Shown: positions 1-9,141 of the stretch, in pieces
How positions within the stretch are numbered: position 1 is the stretch's first letter
Layout: every line of letters starts with the position of its first letter
From: a virus
Taxonomy: Duplodnaviria; Heunggongvirae; Uroviricota; Caudoviricetes
DNA: 41,011 nucleotides
Reading direction: 5' to 3' (one strand)
IMG/VR virus record: IMGVR_UViG_2563366930_000002
Span: 1 to 41,011 of that record
Notes under the pieces: model-generated
What the model saw: the letters and a program-made list of their open reading frames with translations, nothing else
Database searches by the model: none
What the model was told of the DNA's origin: nothing
Translations under genes and position numbers: made by a program

Positions 1-1254
1 ATGCTGGAACAAATGGGCATTGCCGCGAAGCAAGCCTCGTATAAATTAGCGCAACTCTCCAGCCGCGAAAAAAATCGTGTGCTGGAAAAAATCGCCGATG
101 AACTGGAAGCACAAAGCGAAAGCATCCTCAACGCTAACGCACAGGATGTTGCAGACGCGCGTGCCAATGGCCTTAGCGAAGCGATGCTTGACCGTCTGGC
201 ACTGACGCCCGCACGGCTGAAAGGCATTGCCGACGATGTGCGCCAGGTGTGCAATCTCGCCGATCCGGTGGGGCAGGTAATCGATGGCGGCGTACTGGAC
301 AGCGGCCTGCGTCTTGAGCGTCGTCGCGTACCGCTGGGGGTGATTGGTGTGATTTATGAAGCGCGCCCGAACGTGACGGTTGATGTTGCTTCCCTGTGCC
401 TGAAAACCGGTAACGCGGTGATCCTGCGCGGCGGCAAAGAAACCTGTCGCACTAACGCTGCAACGGTAGCGGTGATTCAGGACGCCCTGAAATCCTGCGG
501 CTTACCGGCGGGTGCCGTGCAGGCAATTGATAATCCTGACCGTGCGCTGGTCAGTGAAATGCTGCGTATGGATAAATACATCGACATGCTGATCCCGCGC
601 GGTGGGGCTGGTTTGCATAAACTGTGCCGCGAGCAGTCGACAATCCCGGTGATCACAGGCGGTATAGGCGTATGCCATATTTACGTTGATGAAAGCGCAG
701 AGATCGCTGAAGCCCTGAAAGTAATTGTCAACGCGAAAACTCAGCGTCCGAGCACGTGTAATACGGTAGAAACGTTGCTGGTGAATAAAAACATCGCTGA
801 TAGCTTCCTGCCCACATTAAGCAAACAAATGGCGGAAAGCGGCGTGACGTTACACGCTGATGCAGCCGCGCTGGCGCAGTTGCAGGCAGGCCCCGCGAAG
901 GTGGTGGCTGTTAAAGCCGAAGAGTATGACGATGAGTTTCTGTCATTAGATTTGAACGTCAAAATCGTTAGCGATCTGGATGACGCCATTGCCCATATTC
1001 GTGAACACGGCACGCAACACTCCGATGCGATCCTGACCCGCGATATGCGCAACGCCCAGCGTTTTGTTAACGAAGTGGATTCCTCCGCTGTTTACGTTAA
1101 CGCCTCTACGCGTTTTACCGACGGCGGCCAGTTTGGACTGGGGGCGGAAGTGGCGGTAAGCACACAAAAACTCCACGCGCGCGGCCCAATGGGGCTGGAA
1201 GCACTGACCACTTACAAGTGGATCGGCATTGGTGATTACACCATTCGTGCGTAA
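1..1254 (+). CDS. proA: Gamma-glutamyl phosphate reductase, complete 417 aa
   Basis: Full-length ORF from window position 1; translation matches my recollection of enterobacterial ProA; chromosomal GC content. Confidence 0.95.
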   Translation: MLEQMGIAAKQASYKLAQLSSREKNRVLEKIADELEAQSESILNANAQDVADARANGLSEAMLDRLALTPARLKGIADDVRQVCNLADPVGQVIDGGVLDSGLRLERRRVPLGVIGVIYEARPNVTVDVASLCLKTGNAVILRGGKETCRTNAATVAVIQDALKSCGLPAGAVQAIDNPDRALVSEMLRMDKYIDMLIPRGGAGLHKLCREQSTIPVITGGIGVCHIYVDESAEIAEALKVIVNAKTQRPSTCNTVETLLVNKNIADSFLPTLSKQMAESGVTLHADAAALAQLQAGPAKVVAVKAEEYDDEFLSLDLNVKIVSDLDDAIAHIREHGTQHSDAILTRDMRNAQRFVNEVDSSAVYVNASTRFTDGGQFGLGAEVAVSTQKLHARGPMGLEALTTYKWIGIGDYTIRA

Positions 1255-1368
1255 ATAAAACCGGGTGATGCAAAAGTAGCCATTTGATTCACAAGGCCAT
1301 TGACGCATCGCCCGGTTAGTTTTAACCTTGTCCACCGTGATTCACGTTCGTGAACATGTCCTTTCAGG

Positions 1369-1444
1369 GCCGATATAGCTCAGTTGGTAGAGCAGCGCAT
1401 TCGTAATGCGAAGGTCGTAGGTTCGACTCCTATTATCGGCACCA
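1369..1444 (+). tRNA. thrW: tRNA-Thr (anticodon CGU), prophage integration target
   Basis: 76 nt GCCGATATAGCTCAGTTGGTAGAGCAGCGCATTCGTAATGCGAAGGTCGTAGGTTCGACTCCTATTATCGGCACCA; anticodon loop reads tt-CGT-aa; ends CCA; lies just after proA as thrW does in E. coli. Confidence 0.95.
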
Positions 1445-1458
1445 TTTAAATCAATAAG

Positions 1459-2622
1459 TTACACATCATTAGTACCTTCCTTATTTTTTGACTGGGACAA
1501 ATTTGGGACCGATGGGTTCAGGATCGAGTCTATTTGCCGTGCGTGTTCGGTAAGGTGATTAGGTGCAAGGTGAGCATATCGACGAACCATTTCGATAGAC
1601 TCCCAGCCTCCCATTTCCTGTAACACTGACAACGGGACTCCGGCTTGAACCAGCCAACTTGCCCAGGTGTGTCTCAAGTCGTGAAATCTGAAATCATCAA
1701 TACCAGCCCGTCTCAGCGCCGCTTTCCAGGCTGTGTTTGCGTCATACCGCATCTTCCTTACTGTTGGCGCTTTCGTTCCGTCTGGTTTGGTACAGCTTTC
1801 CTTGTACACAAATACCCAACGGTGATGATTCCCGATTTGTTTTTTCAAAACGCGACATGCAGTATCATTCAGCGCAACGCCGATTGCGCGGTTTGATTTA
1901 CTCTCTTCCGGGTTTATCCATGCCACCCGGCGCTGCATATCTATTTGTTGCCATTCAAGGTTGATGATGTTCGAGCGTCTTAAGCCTGTTGCCAGTGCAA
2001 ATTCAACAACAGACTTTAATGGCTCCGGACATTCATCAATCAGCCTTTGTGCTTCATGGGGCTCCAGCCAGCGGATCCGTTTATTCTTTGGTTGAGGCAC
2101 TTTAATAATTGGTGCCTTATCCAGCATTTTCCATTCACGCTCTGCGGCTCTTAGTAGGGCCTTTATAAATGAAAGATGCGTAGCCTTCGTTGCAACGGAC
2201 GCTGGTTTTGGCGTGTATTCTGGAACAGGTTTCCCTTTTTTTCTGCATGCTTCTGCCCTGAGTTTCCAGTTTTCCTCATGACGCCGGTTCGTCATTTTCT
2301 GCATTGCTGAATAAATTTTTGATTCAGTAATGTCTCTTAGTTGCATTCCTGCGAAATGTTGAAGCCAGAATCCGATCCGGCTTTTGTCATCGTCCAGTGA
2401 TTTTTTATGTGCTTTCTCTTCAAGCCACCTGACACACGCTTCCTCGAACGTTATATCAGGTATTTCACCAAGTTTGCTGACCCGCCATGCTTCAGCCTTT
2501 AGCTTGTCATGGAGTTCTGTCGCCTGCCTTTTGTCCTTTGTTCCAAGAGACTGTTTAAATCTTTTACCGTTCGGCAATGTGAAACTGGCGTACCATATTT
2601 CACCTCTGCGGAAGAGTGACAT
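1459..2622 (-). CDS. int: Tyrosine site-specific integrase, 387 aa
   Basis: N-terminus [14 protein letters not shown] and C-terminal [10 protein letters not shown]...VLQEMGGW...RYAHL are typical of lambda-family integrases; sits 15 nt from the tRNA 3' end. Confidence 0.95.
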   Translation of the reverse strand: MSLFRRGEIWYASFTLPNGKRFKQSLGTKDKRQATELHDKLKAEAWRVSKLGEIPDITFEEACVRWLEEKAHKKSLDDDKSRIGFWLQHFAGMQLRDITESKIYSAMQKMTNRRHEENWKLRAEACRKKGKPVPEYTPKPASVATKATHLSFIKALLRAAEREWKMLDKAPIIKVPQPKNKRIRWLEPHEAQRLIDECPEPLKSVVEFALATGLRRSNIINLEWQQIDMQRRVAWINPEESKSNRAIGVALNDTACRVLKKQIGNHHRWVFVYKESCTKPDGTKAPTVRKMRYDANTAWKAALRRAGIDDFRFHDLRHTWASWLVQAGVPLSVLQEMGGWESIEMVRRYAHLAPNHLTEHARQIDSILNPSVPNLSQSKNKEGTNDV

Positions 2623-2849
2623 TTTCTTTCCTCTGTTATGCCATCACCCGCGCTCACCTGGACAGTATGCAGCGGAGACTGAAGAGCCGCAATGCAGGCT
2701 TGTCGTGTTGTGAGGTAAGGAGATTTATTCTTAGTGGGATCTTTGCGTGTTGCCTGAAGACGCCCTGTGCGTATCCAGTTAATGGCAGTCGGTCTGGATA
2801 TCTTGAGAAAATGACAGGCCTCATCGAGTGTGAGGCTGTATGGCTCCAT
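2499..2849 (-). CDS. xis: Excisionase-like (Xis/AlpA-type) DNA-binding protein; start at the internal Met MEPYSL
   Basis: [29 protein letters not shown] resembles an excisionase helix-turn-helix; start overlaps the upstream stop (TAATG); 3' end overlaps int by about 124 nt so the true C-terminus is uncertain. Confidence 0.6.
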   Translation of the reverse strand: MEPYSLTLDEACHFLKISRPTAINWIRTGRLQATRKDPTKNKSPYLTTRQACIAALQSPLHTVQVSAGDGITEERKCHSSAEVKYGTPVSHCRTVKDLNSLLEQRTKGRRQNSMTS

Positions 2850-3154
2850 TATTTCACCTCTTGCTGTGACATTGTTGAAAAATGGATACCAGCTCGTTGC
2901 TGCCAGACGATCCAACCGAGAGTCATATCCCATTCCATGTATTCGTTATCGCCGTTTTTTGCTCTCCGACGATCTACTAAGTCACCGAAACGCTTTTCCA
3001 TGAATAATTCATAAGCTTCGCGTTCATCTGGTTCTACTTCCAGAGATAGGAGTGCGATTTCATAAGCACGGCGCTCAATATCGTCTCGCACGTCAAGGCT
3101 GCTGATACGCTCTTTAATTTCTTTAATCAGTTCTTTGTCGGTAAAAGTGGTCAT
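2849..3154 (-). CDS. Hypothetical early protein, 101 aa (YfdT-like position)
   Basis: Acidic ORF translationally coupled to its neighbours; position matches the CPS-53 yfdT slot. Confidence 0.55.
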   Translation of the reverse strand: MTTFTDKELIKEIKERISSLDVRDDIERRAYEIALLSLEVEPDEREAYELFMEKRFGDLVDRRRAKNGDNEYMEWDMTLGWIVWQQRAGIHFSTMSQQEVK

Positions 3155-3516
3155 TATGCTCCAGCCTCCGGTGCTTTTGGCATTACTGCCCAGTGAGTGA
3201 TATTGACGTTTTCAAGGTCCCCGACCTGAAATGTCCACTGCCATTCTCCGGTTTCTTTTTGTCCCCAGGTGTACCAGAGAGAACGCCAGCCAATTAGCCA
3301 GCCTTCTCCGTTAGTATCGAATAACAAAACACTTTCATTTGCTGGTGGCAGTTCAGTTGACACTGGTATTACTTTGTTTTCCTGTGCTGCACATTTAGCT
3401 TCAAGCGCATCGAATTTACGCACCAGGTATTCAGCATCTGTTTCATTTACTTTCAGATCTCGCGGTACACATCTCCCACGAAGAAACCCTTCCATTTCGA
3501 AAACATTCATGCGCAT
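3154..3516 (-). CDS. Hypothetical early protein, 120 aa (YfdS-like position)
   Basis: ORF with start/stop overlap to both neighbours; same operon. Confidence 0.55.
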   Translation of the reverse strand: MRMNVFEMEGFLRGRCVPRDLKVNETDAEYLVRKFDALEAKCAAQENKVIPVSTELPPANESVLLFDTNGEGWLIGWRSLWYTWGQKETGEWQWTFQVGDLENVNITHWAVMPKAPEAGA

Positions 3517-4070
3517 TTGCGTAACTCCGATAACTCGTTAAAGCGTTCCATAAACATCCCGTAGGCATGGCCCGGTGCCAGTGGAATCACGTTGAACATC
3601 TCTGTTGCCGGGATACCTTCCAGTACAGGCCAGAAAGAGCCATCATCAAGCCCGAGATCGCGGCGTTCGGTTGCCAGCATGATGAGATCGGCATATTTCA
3701 CGGGCGTACTCATAACCGGGGGTAACCCGTATTTCTCACGGATTACGGCGTCTATTTTTTCTTCCATTTGTTTATAGTCAGGAAGAAGGCGTTTCAGTGA
3801 TGCGGGAATGTCCTGGCAATACGCTTCTGTTGCATCATGCATTAACGCTTCAAAAGCAAATTCCTGCGGCACCAGCTGGCTGCAAAGAACCGCATGTTGG
3901 GCGACGCTGTAGAAGTGCGAAAGATGACCGGCAAAGCGACAGATATTTGAAAGGGAAACCGCGATATCGTTAATCACGATGTCGTCTTTATTTATCTTGT
4001 CATAATAAAAATGCTTCCCGGAAAAAGTTTTAATAAATGACATTTTGTTCTCCACGTATATGCGCTGCAC
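3507..4070 (-). CDS. HD-domain phosphohydrolase (YfdR-like, 5'-deoxynucleotidase family)
   Basis: H...HD...H...D metal-binding pattern (HAVLCSQLV, LMHDATEAY); true start may be the internal Met MSFIKTF at 4043. Confidence 0.75.
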   Translation of the reverse strand: MQRIYVENKMSFIKTFSGKHFYYDKINKDDIVINDIAVSLSNICRFAGHLSHFYSVAQHAVLCSQLVPQEFAFEALMHDATEAYCQDIPASLKRLLPDYKQMEEKIDAVIREKYGLPPVMSTPVKYADLIMLATERRDLGLDDGSFWPVLEGIPATEMFNVIPLAPGHAYGMFMERFNELSELRKCA

Positions 4071-4170
4071 CGCGCTGAGTTTGGGTAAAAGGAAGCCCTC
4101 ACCATCCGGTGATTATTGAGTTAATTACGTTTCCATAAATGCCCCCGCAGGGGCATTTGCAGTAATGAAA

Positions 4171-4995
4171 TCAGGCGGTGAAAGTACCAATAAAGGTTTC
4201 TACTTTGCTGTCTTTGAATTTCTCAACAAGCAGATCACGAAATTCGTTAGCCATATCTTCCTGCACCGCTTCCAGCTGAATAATGCGCAGAACCAGTACA
4301 GGACGATCGCCAGTGATAATGCTGAGGCGTAATTTAAACGGACGTTCTTTCAGACCTTCAAACGGAACGCATTTAAATTCAAATGCCACTGGCATAATGT
4401 CTTTGGTCTTCGCTTCGACAGATTCCATCAGGGAGCGTTTGCCGCTGAAGTCATTATCTTCAAAATCAGCGGTCTGGTTTGCTTCAATCGTGATTTTACG
4501 GATTGCCGCAGCCGCTTTTGTTGCCTGAATGGCGTCACCATTAGCATCAAAGCCCACAAGGTAGTCGGCCCAGTCTTCAATCCATTCTGCCAGTGATTTC
4601 TGGGAGTTACGCTCGCCGTTAACAGACAACAGGGCAGAGAACGGTGCTGTCTTTTTCAGTTTGAGAGTGGCGGTGTTATCTGCGTGACCTGGTTCATCAA
4701 TAGTACCCAGGTTAAGCACACTGACGGCACGCATATTATCAGCATCGATAAAGCAGCGGGTGCCTTCATCTGCAAGATCTTTAGAATAACGGGTAAAGTC
4801 ATCGATGCTGGCAGTGGAAAGCGCACCACGGAAACGGAAGCGATTTAAATTAAATTTTTCCAGATCATGAATGCGGAAATTCTCAGGCAATGCCACAGCA
4901 TCGGCACCAATCTTACTGATAATTTCATTAACACCCTGAGCAGAAATAAGGGCATGGATTTGATTAATTGCGGTTGCGTCTAAGTTCTGAGACAT
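4171..4995 (-). CDS. YfdQ-like protein (DUF2303 family), 274 aa
   Basis: Length and sequence match my recollection of CPS-53 YfdQ; function unknown. Confidence 0.75.
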
Positions 4996-5060
4996 AATAA
5001 GTCCTCACTATATTAAGATATTCAGTGATGAGATAAATAATCAGTTAATTAAGAACGATA

Positions 5061-5423
5061 TTAATGACCTGCTGCGCGGAGTTTTCCGTCAGGCTCACCG
5101 GCAAGAGTCAGTAATTGTCCCTGGTCTTCCTGCAGAATAGTCAGGCGACCACCGCGATTGACATACATCGGCGTTTCGGTGGTGTCTTCTTCGGAAATTT
5201 TCCCACGGTTAGTCGGGCGAACATATGAGAGTTTGTGTTTGATTTTCACACGGTTCTCATCAAATGGTTCGATTTCCAGGTTGAGTGAGACCTTACCTTT
5301 GGTTTTCGTGTTCATCACACCGGAAGCGACTTCACTGAGAACTGCGCCGATTTTGGTTTCAAATACGCCGCCGTCCAGCTCCCCGATAAATGCCTGCACA
5401 TCAGTACTGCGTTCGCTAGCCAT
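5061..5423 (-). CDS. Hypothetical protein, 120 aa (YfdP-like position); start trimmed to MASERSTD
   Basis: GAGGAG Shine-Dalgarno 8 nt upstream of the ATG at 5423; the longer ORF to 5741 has an implausible Arg/Cys/His-rich N-terminus. Confidence 0.7.
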   Translation of the reverse strand: MASERSTDVQAFIGELDGGVFETKIGAVLSEVASGVMNTKTKGKVSLNLEIEPFDENRVKIKHKLSYVRPTNRGKISEEDTTETPMYVNRGGRLTILQEDQGQLLTLAGEPDGKLRAAGH

Positions 5424-5860
5424 TTTGCTGCTCCTCATCATATCGACCCTGCAAGGCCGATTAGTTTCTCCACAAAACAGAGAAGAACACCTGCGGTGGC
5501 AGCCGCCCGGATGGATTGGGTTATGAGCCCGTCGTCCGGTGATGCTCTTCTCTGTTTTGTAAAAAGGACGGTACCAGCCGGAAGCAAGGGTACAAACTGG
5601 TACCGCCAGGACTACACACAGCATAAAGTTGTGGTGCCGGGTGCCTCCCGGTGCCTGGCGAAGGTTGCACACCAGACGGGTGGGTATCCACAGAAGGTCG
5701 ACTGTCAGCCTCAACCTTAACCCGCGTGCGCTGAGCCGCATTCACCACAACGCTAAGGATTCTCTTTGGTTGAAAATACTTAGCTGTTATGTGCCTGTCT
5801 TTTCACCACTTCAGGCTCGGTGGTATCCTTTTAAGCCCGTATACATAAAAGGAAAATCAA
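5424..5860. other. GC-rich, ORF-poor, hairpin-dense region; candidate structured RNA or cis-acting DNA site
   Basis: 15 bp perfect inverted repeat ACAAAACAGAGAAGA (5473-5487 / 5546-5560); GGTACCAG/CTGGTACC stem (5570-5604); CCGGG/CCCGG hairpin (about 5636-5652); no ORF with credible composition or signals. Confidence 0.4.
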
Positions 5861-6106
5861 ATGACTTTTGATGAAAAAGAACTTGATAATGCAATTAATA
5901 AAATCATCGTAACGTCGCTCTTTTCCTGTCTCAGCGACACTCAGCAGAAACAGTTCTACGAATCGGCTTTCAACATGATCGAGCGTTGTTGTTTCTGCGA
6001 TGCCGACGAGTTACCTGAAAAAATCAGGAAACAGTTGGCTGATGCTCTTCGAGTGCGACTTTCTGACCAATTTTCTGAAATGTGCTCTCCGAATTTGGAC
6101 AAATAG
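5861..6106 (+). CDS. Hypothetical small protein, 81 aa, opposite in orientation to the surrounding early operon
   Basis: AAGGAAA Shine-Dalgarno 7 nt before ATG; protein-like composition. Confidence 0.45.
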   Translation: MTFDEKELDNAINKIIVTSLFSCLSDTQQKQFYESAFNMIERCCFCDADELPEKIRKQLADALRVRLSDQFSEMCSPNLDK

Positions 6107-6299
6107 AAAAAGGCCATTTCCATTCAGGGGCTGATGGAAATACTTCAGCCTGTTCCAAAGCACGGCGTAAAGAGAACACAACTCCAGCCATAATCTGATG
6201 TTTCCCATTGGTCCAGCTATCGCCGCTCTGATCTACAGGGGCGGCTATGTCGTATGACCAAACGACTTCACAGTTATTGTTTAAAATCTGGACTTTCAT
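6024..6299 (-). CDS. Hypothetical small protein, about 91 aa from internal Met MKVQIL; 3' end overlaps the convergent ORF
   Basis: AGGTG Shine-Dalgarno 7 nt upstream of ATG at 6299; C-terminal 80 nt overlaps 5861-6106, so one of the two ends is probably wrong. Confidence 0.35.
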   Translation of the reverse strand: MKVQILNNNCEVVWSYDIAAPVDQSGDSWTNGKHQIMAGVVFSLRRALEQAEVFPSAPEWKWPFSICPNSESTFQKIGQKVALEEHQPTVS

Positions 6300-6427
6300 T
6301 TCATACACCTGCTTTAACATGAGTGCCTAGTGGCACAACATGACTCAACGAATCATCCTGGACTTCATATGCCCCAGGCGGCTACTTCGTGGGCGTCCTG
6401 CCTGTTCGTTGTCGGTAAAATGATATT

Positions 6428-6467
6428 GCTACTTAAAGTTGCAAAAATCAACTACAAAAAGTAGAAG
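6428..6467. promoter_or_regulatory. Putative OL operator cluster
   Basis: CTACTTAAAGT and ACTAC-n5-GTAG half-sites related to those between repressor and cro; lies in a 450 bp AT-rich gap. Confidence 0.4.
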
Positions 6468-6770
6468 TTAAGGGCATAAAAACGCATTTTGAAATTAATT
6501 CATTGAATTTACAGGTAAAATATTTTGGGGGCTATGATCAAAAAATTATATTGTGAAGTTAGCTGAGTTGTAGAACGTGATGGATTGTTTCATTGTGGCT
6601 GAGATCAGTATGTGATCTAGTTAATCATCAAGTGGGGAGAAGTCAATCATGAGAGTATTGTTGAGTTTTTGGAGGCTAAGTGTAAAACGGTAGGGAATTT
6701 ACTACTCAATGGATTGTGTGATTTAGCCTCGATAGTAAGAAAACTAGGGCAGGTCATAGTCAAAAACTTA

Positions 6771-7178
6771 TCAAAACATAAATTTGGCGAGACCTAAAAT
6801 CGCCAAGCCTGTTGCAACAGTCCATGCGATCTGTTTATTTACGGCTGATGAAATAGCGCTGTTGACTTCACTTAGGCTAGGTTTTTTTGACAACTTTTCA
6901 TCTATATCTATTTGTTTTTGAAGGATAACAGCGACATCGCGTCGGGTGTCGGAGAGAGCGTTTCGCAAATCACGAATGTCAGCTCTCATCTCTGCGAGAT
7001 TTGTTTTTATATCCTCAACATTCGCTTCTAACTTAGCGACTCGGGCTTCAAGCATGTCATCACCTCCGCCATCTCCACCGTGTCTTCTAATTGTGGGAAG
7101 TTCACTATTAAATGGTACTACATTATTTTGCGGCGTCGGCATTTTTTTCATCTTCCGTTTTTGCTGGGAACTTTTCAT
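6771..7178 (-). CDS. Coiled-coil protein with C-terminal transmembrane anchor (tail-anchored), 95-135 aa depending on start
   Basis: Predicted coiled coil (LEARVAKLEANVEDIKTNLAEMRADIRDLRNALS) and hydrophobic C-terminus IAWTVATGLAILGLAKFMF; AT-rich; start ambiguous (7178, 7151, 7142 or 7055). Confidence 0.6.
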   Translation of the reverse strand: MKSSQQKRKMKKMPTPQNNVVPFNSELPTIRRHGGDGGGDDMLEARVAKLEANVEDIKTNLAEMRADIRDLRNALSDTRRDVAVILQKQIDIDEKLSKKPSLSEVNSAISSAVNKQIAWTVATGLAILGLAKFMF

Positions 7179-7470
7179 TTACCCAGTTCAAAACTGAAAA
7201 CGCATTTATATGAATTTCATTTCCACAATTGTTGCATATTAGTGAAAAGTAATACTGGTTAGCAGTATCAGAATAAATGCTTTTTTCAGTAAAAACATTC
7301 ACATAACTACCAAGTTTCATAGTACATGGCATGCCCACATTCGCGCTGACTTGAGGCACAGTCAATCTGTCGTGTCCACATAGTGTACATTTTAGATATA
7401 TATTCTTTTCTGAGAAATAAGAGACCAACATATCCATGTTAATCTTTTCGAATCCCTGCTCACTAGCCAT
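7123..7470 (-). CDS. Zinc-ribbon-like protein, 115 aa, directly downstream of the repressor
   Basis: Two CxxC pairs (CTLCGH, CNNCGNEIH); 16 nt downstream of the repressor stop on the same strand; AT-rich. Confidence 0.6.
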   Translation of the reverse strand: MASEQGFEKINMDMLVSYFSEKNIYLKCTLCGHDRLTVPQVSANVGMPCTMKLGSYVNVFTEKSIYSDTANQYYFSLICNNCGNEIHINAFSVLNWVNEKFPAKTEDEKNADAAK

Positions 7471-7485
7471 TATATGCCCTTAGAA

Positions 7486-8190
7486 CTATAACCGATTGTA
7501 TTTTATTGACTCATGAATCAACGCCTTGCCCATTACATAAAGCTGATCCTGCGATTTTTCATCGATGTACCATTTCTCATAGGCAGGGTTATCCGAAAGA
7601 ACGGCTAGCTTGTCACCTTGCATTTGAAGACGTTTAACATGAAAAGTCTTACCGTAAACGAAAGAGTAAATTCCATCAGTCTGGAAGTGACGAACAGAAA
7701 TGTCGACAAACAGTCGATCTCCGGAAACGAGAGTAGGGGACATACTATCGCCATTTACAGTCATAACCTTAATATCATCCTGAGAACGGTTACCGAAAAG
7801 AGAACGGGCATGTTCTGTTGTGAACTCAATGGCGTAGAGCACATCAACATAGTCTGAAAGCATATAGGTTCCAGGTCCTGCGCTAACGCTAAGATCTAAA
7901 ACTTCTATCCTGTATACGTCGGGTTTTGTTGGATTGGGGATGCTTGCCATTTCCTTACATCCTTCTCTCTCGCCAACACCATATTCTAAATATGAAGCCG
8001 ATACCCCCAGAGCCAACGCAAGTTTATTCATGACAGAGGCACGAGGCTTCGCTGCGCCGATTGTGTATCGCCGCGCCATTTCATATGTAACGCCAACAAG
8101 ACTTTTGAGTTGGGTGACAGAAATTCCCTTGTTTGTCATTAACTCGTTTAGTCTCTTGGCGAAATCTGGATACTTCTGTTCTTCTACCAT
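7486..8190 (-). CDS. cI-like prophage repressor (XRE helix-turn-helix plus S24 LexA-like peptidase domain)
   Basis: N-terminal helix-turn-helix (KRLNELMTNKGISVTQLKSL); C-terminal S24 signature (VNGDSMSPTL with Ser, later Lys in HVKRL); longest ORF runs to 8247 but overlaps the operator, so start set at MVEEQKY (8226 also possible). Confidence 0.85.
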   Translation of the reverse strand: MVEEQKYPDFAKRLNELMTNKGISVTQLKSLVGVTYEMARRYTIGAAKPRASVMNKLALALGVSASYLEYGVGEREGCKEMASIPNPTKPDVYRIEVLDLSVSAGPGTYMLSDYVDVLYAIEFTTEHARSLFGNRSQDDIKVMTVNGDSMSPTLVSGDRLFVDISVRHFQTDGIYSFVYGKTFHVKRLQMQGDKLAVLSDNPAYEKWYIDEKSQDQLYVMGKALIHESIKYNRL

Positions 8191-8230
8191 AGGTAGAAGA
8201 TTACTCACATCACATACGCTCGTCATTTCT

Positions 8231-8265
8231 ATTTTAAGTAGTTGCAATTCGCTACTTTAAGTAGC
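8231..8265. promoter_or_regulatory. OR-like operator region between divergent repressor and cro
   Basis: Repeated and palindromic TTTAAGTAG / CTACTTTAAGTAG motifs in the intergenic region. Confidence 0.55.
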
Positions 8266-8297
8266 ATTATCCCCTCTGGATTTCAGAGGAGAAAGAT

Positions 8298-8561
8298 ATG
8301 TCATCTCAAAACTACACCGAGAAAGCAGTAAAGGCTGCGGGAAAGTCTTTATCTGAAGTAGCTCGTCGCTTTGGTTTTAAATCTACTCAATCTGTCGCTA
8401 ATTGGGTAATTAACAATCAAGTCCCGTCGGAACGAGTTTTACAACTTTGTGAGCTGGGGAACTGGTCCGTAACCCCCCATGAGCTGCGTCCTGATATTTA
8501 TCCAAATCCAAATGATGGATTACCAGAGTGCTATTCAAAAGTTAGCGGTTCAGTTGCGTAA
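8298..8561 (+). CDS. Cro-like helix-turn-helix regulator (YdaS-like)
   Basis: Divergent from repressor; GAGGAGAAAG Shine-Dalgarno; helix-turn-helix segment KSLSEVARRFGFKSTQSVANWV. Confidence 0.7.
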   Translation: MSSQNYTEKAVKAAGKSLSEVARRFGFKSTQSVANWVINNQVPSERVLQLCELGNWSVTPHELRPDIYPNPNDGLPECYSKVSGSVA

Positions 8562-8589
8562 ACGTAACCACAGAAACGAGGAGTTAACC

Positions 8590-9141
8590 GTGGGTAAGCA
8601 TCACTGGAAAGTAGAAAAACAGCCTGAGTGGTACGTGAAAGCTGTCAGAAAAACTATCGCGGCGTTGCCGGGTGGTTACGCTGAAGCTGCTGACTGGCTG
8701 GATGTAACAGAGAACGCATTATTTAACCGCCTTCGTGCCGATGGCGATCAGATTTTCCCGCTGGGATGGGCAATGGTTTTACAGCGCGCAGCTGGCACTC
8801 ACTACATTGCGGATGCTGTCGCACAGTCTGCTGGTGGGGTGTTCGTATCGCTTCCTGAAATTGAGGAAGTAGAGAACGCCGATATAAACCAGCGCCTGCT
8901 GGAAGTCATCGAACAGATCGGGAGTTACTCAAAGCAGATTCGTTCGGCAATCGAAGATGGGGTAGTGGAGCCACACGAGCAGACAGCAATTAATGATGAG
9001 TTGTATCTGTCAATTTCGAAGCTCCAGGAGCATGCAGCACTGGTCTACAAAATCTTTTGCGCTCCAGAAAAGAGTGACGCCCGCGAGTGTGCAGCTCCGG
9101 GCGTCGTGGCGTTTTGTGTCTGTGGAGAAACTAACGCATGA
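8590..9141 (+). CDS. CII/YdaT-like early regulatory protein, GTG start
   Basis: GAGGAG then 6 nt then GTG at 8590; follows cro as in lambdoid immunity regions; family assignment tentative. Confidence 0.55.
   Translation: MGKHHWKVEKQPEWYVKAVRKTIAALPGGYAEAADWLDVTENALFNRLRADGDQIFPLGWAMVLQRAAGTHYIADAVAQSAGGVFVSLPEIEEVENADINQRLLEVIEQIGSYSKQIRSAIEDGVVEPHEQTAINDELYLSISKLQEHAALVYKIFCAPEKSDARECAAPGVVAFCVCGETNA

Noticed and set aside
741-1335. Minus-strand ORFs (103 and 129 aa) antisense to proA
   Set aside because: They lie entirely within or overlap the well-supported proA frame and have low-complexity composition; antisense artefacts.
2616-3014. 132 aa plus-strand ORF over the xis region
   Set aside because: Antisense to the coupled minus-strand early genes; Cys-rich, no ribosome-binding site.
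5061-5741. 226 aa extended ORF as the real gene
   Set aside because: The N-terminal 106 residues are Arg/Cys/His-rich with no protein-like character; a GAGGAG ribosome-binding site supports the internal start at 5423.
5424-5860. Retron msr/msd non-coding RNA as the explanation for the structured region
   Set aside because: No reverse transcriptase gene anywhere in the window, and the repeats do not show the a1/a2 flanking arrangement; kept only as a generic structured-element finding.
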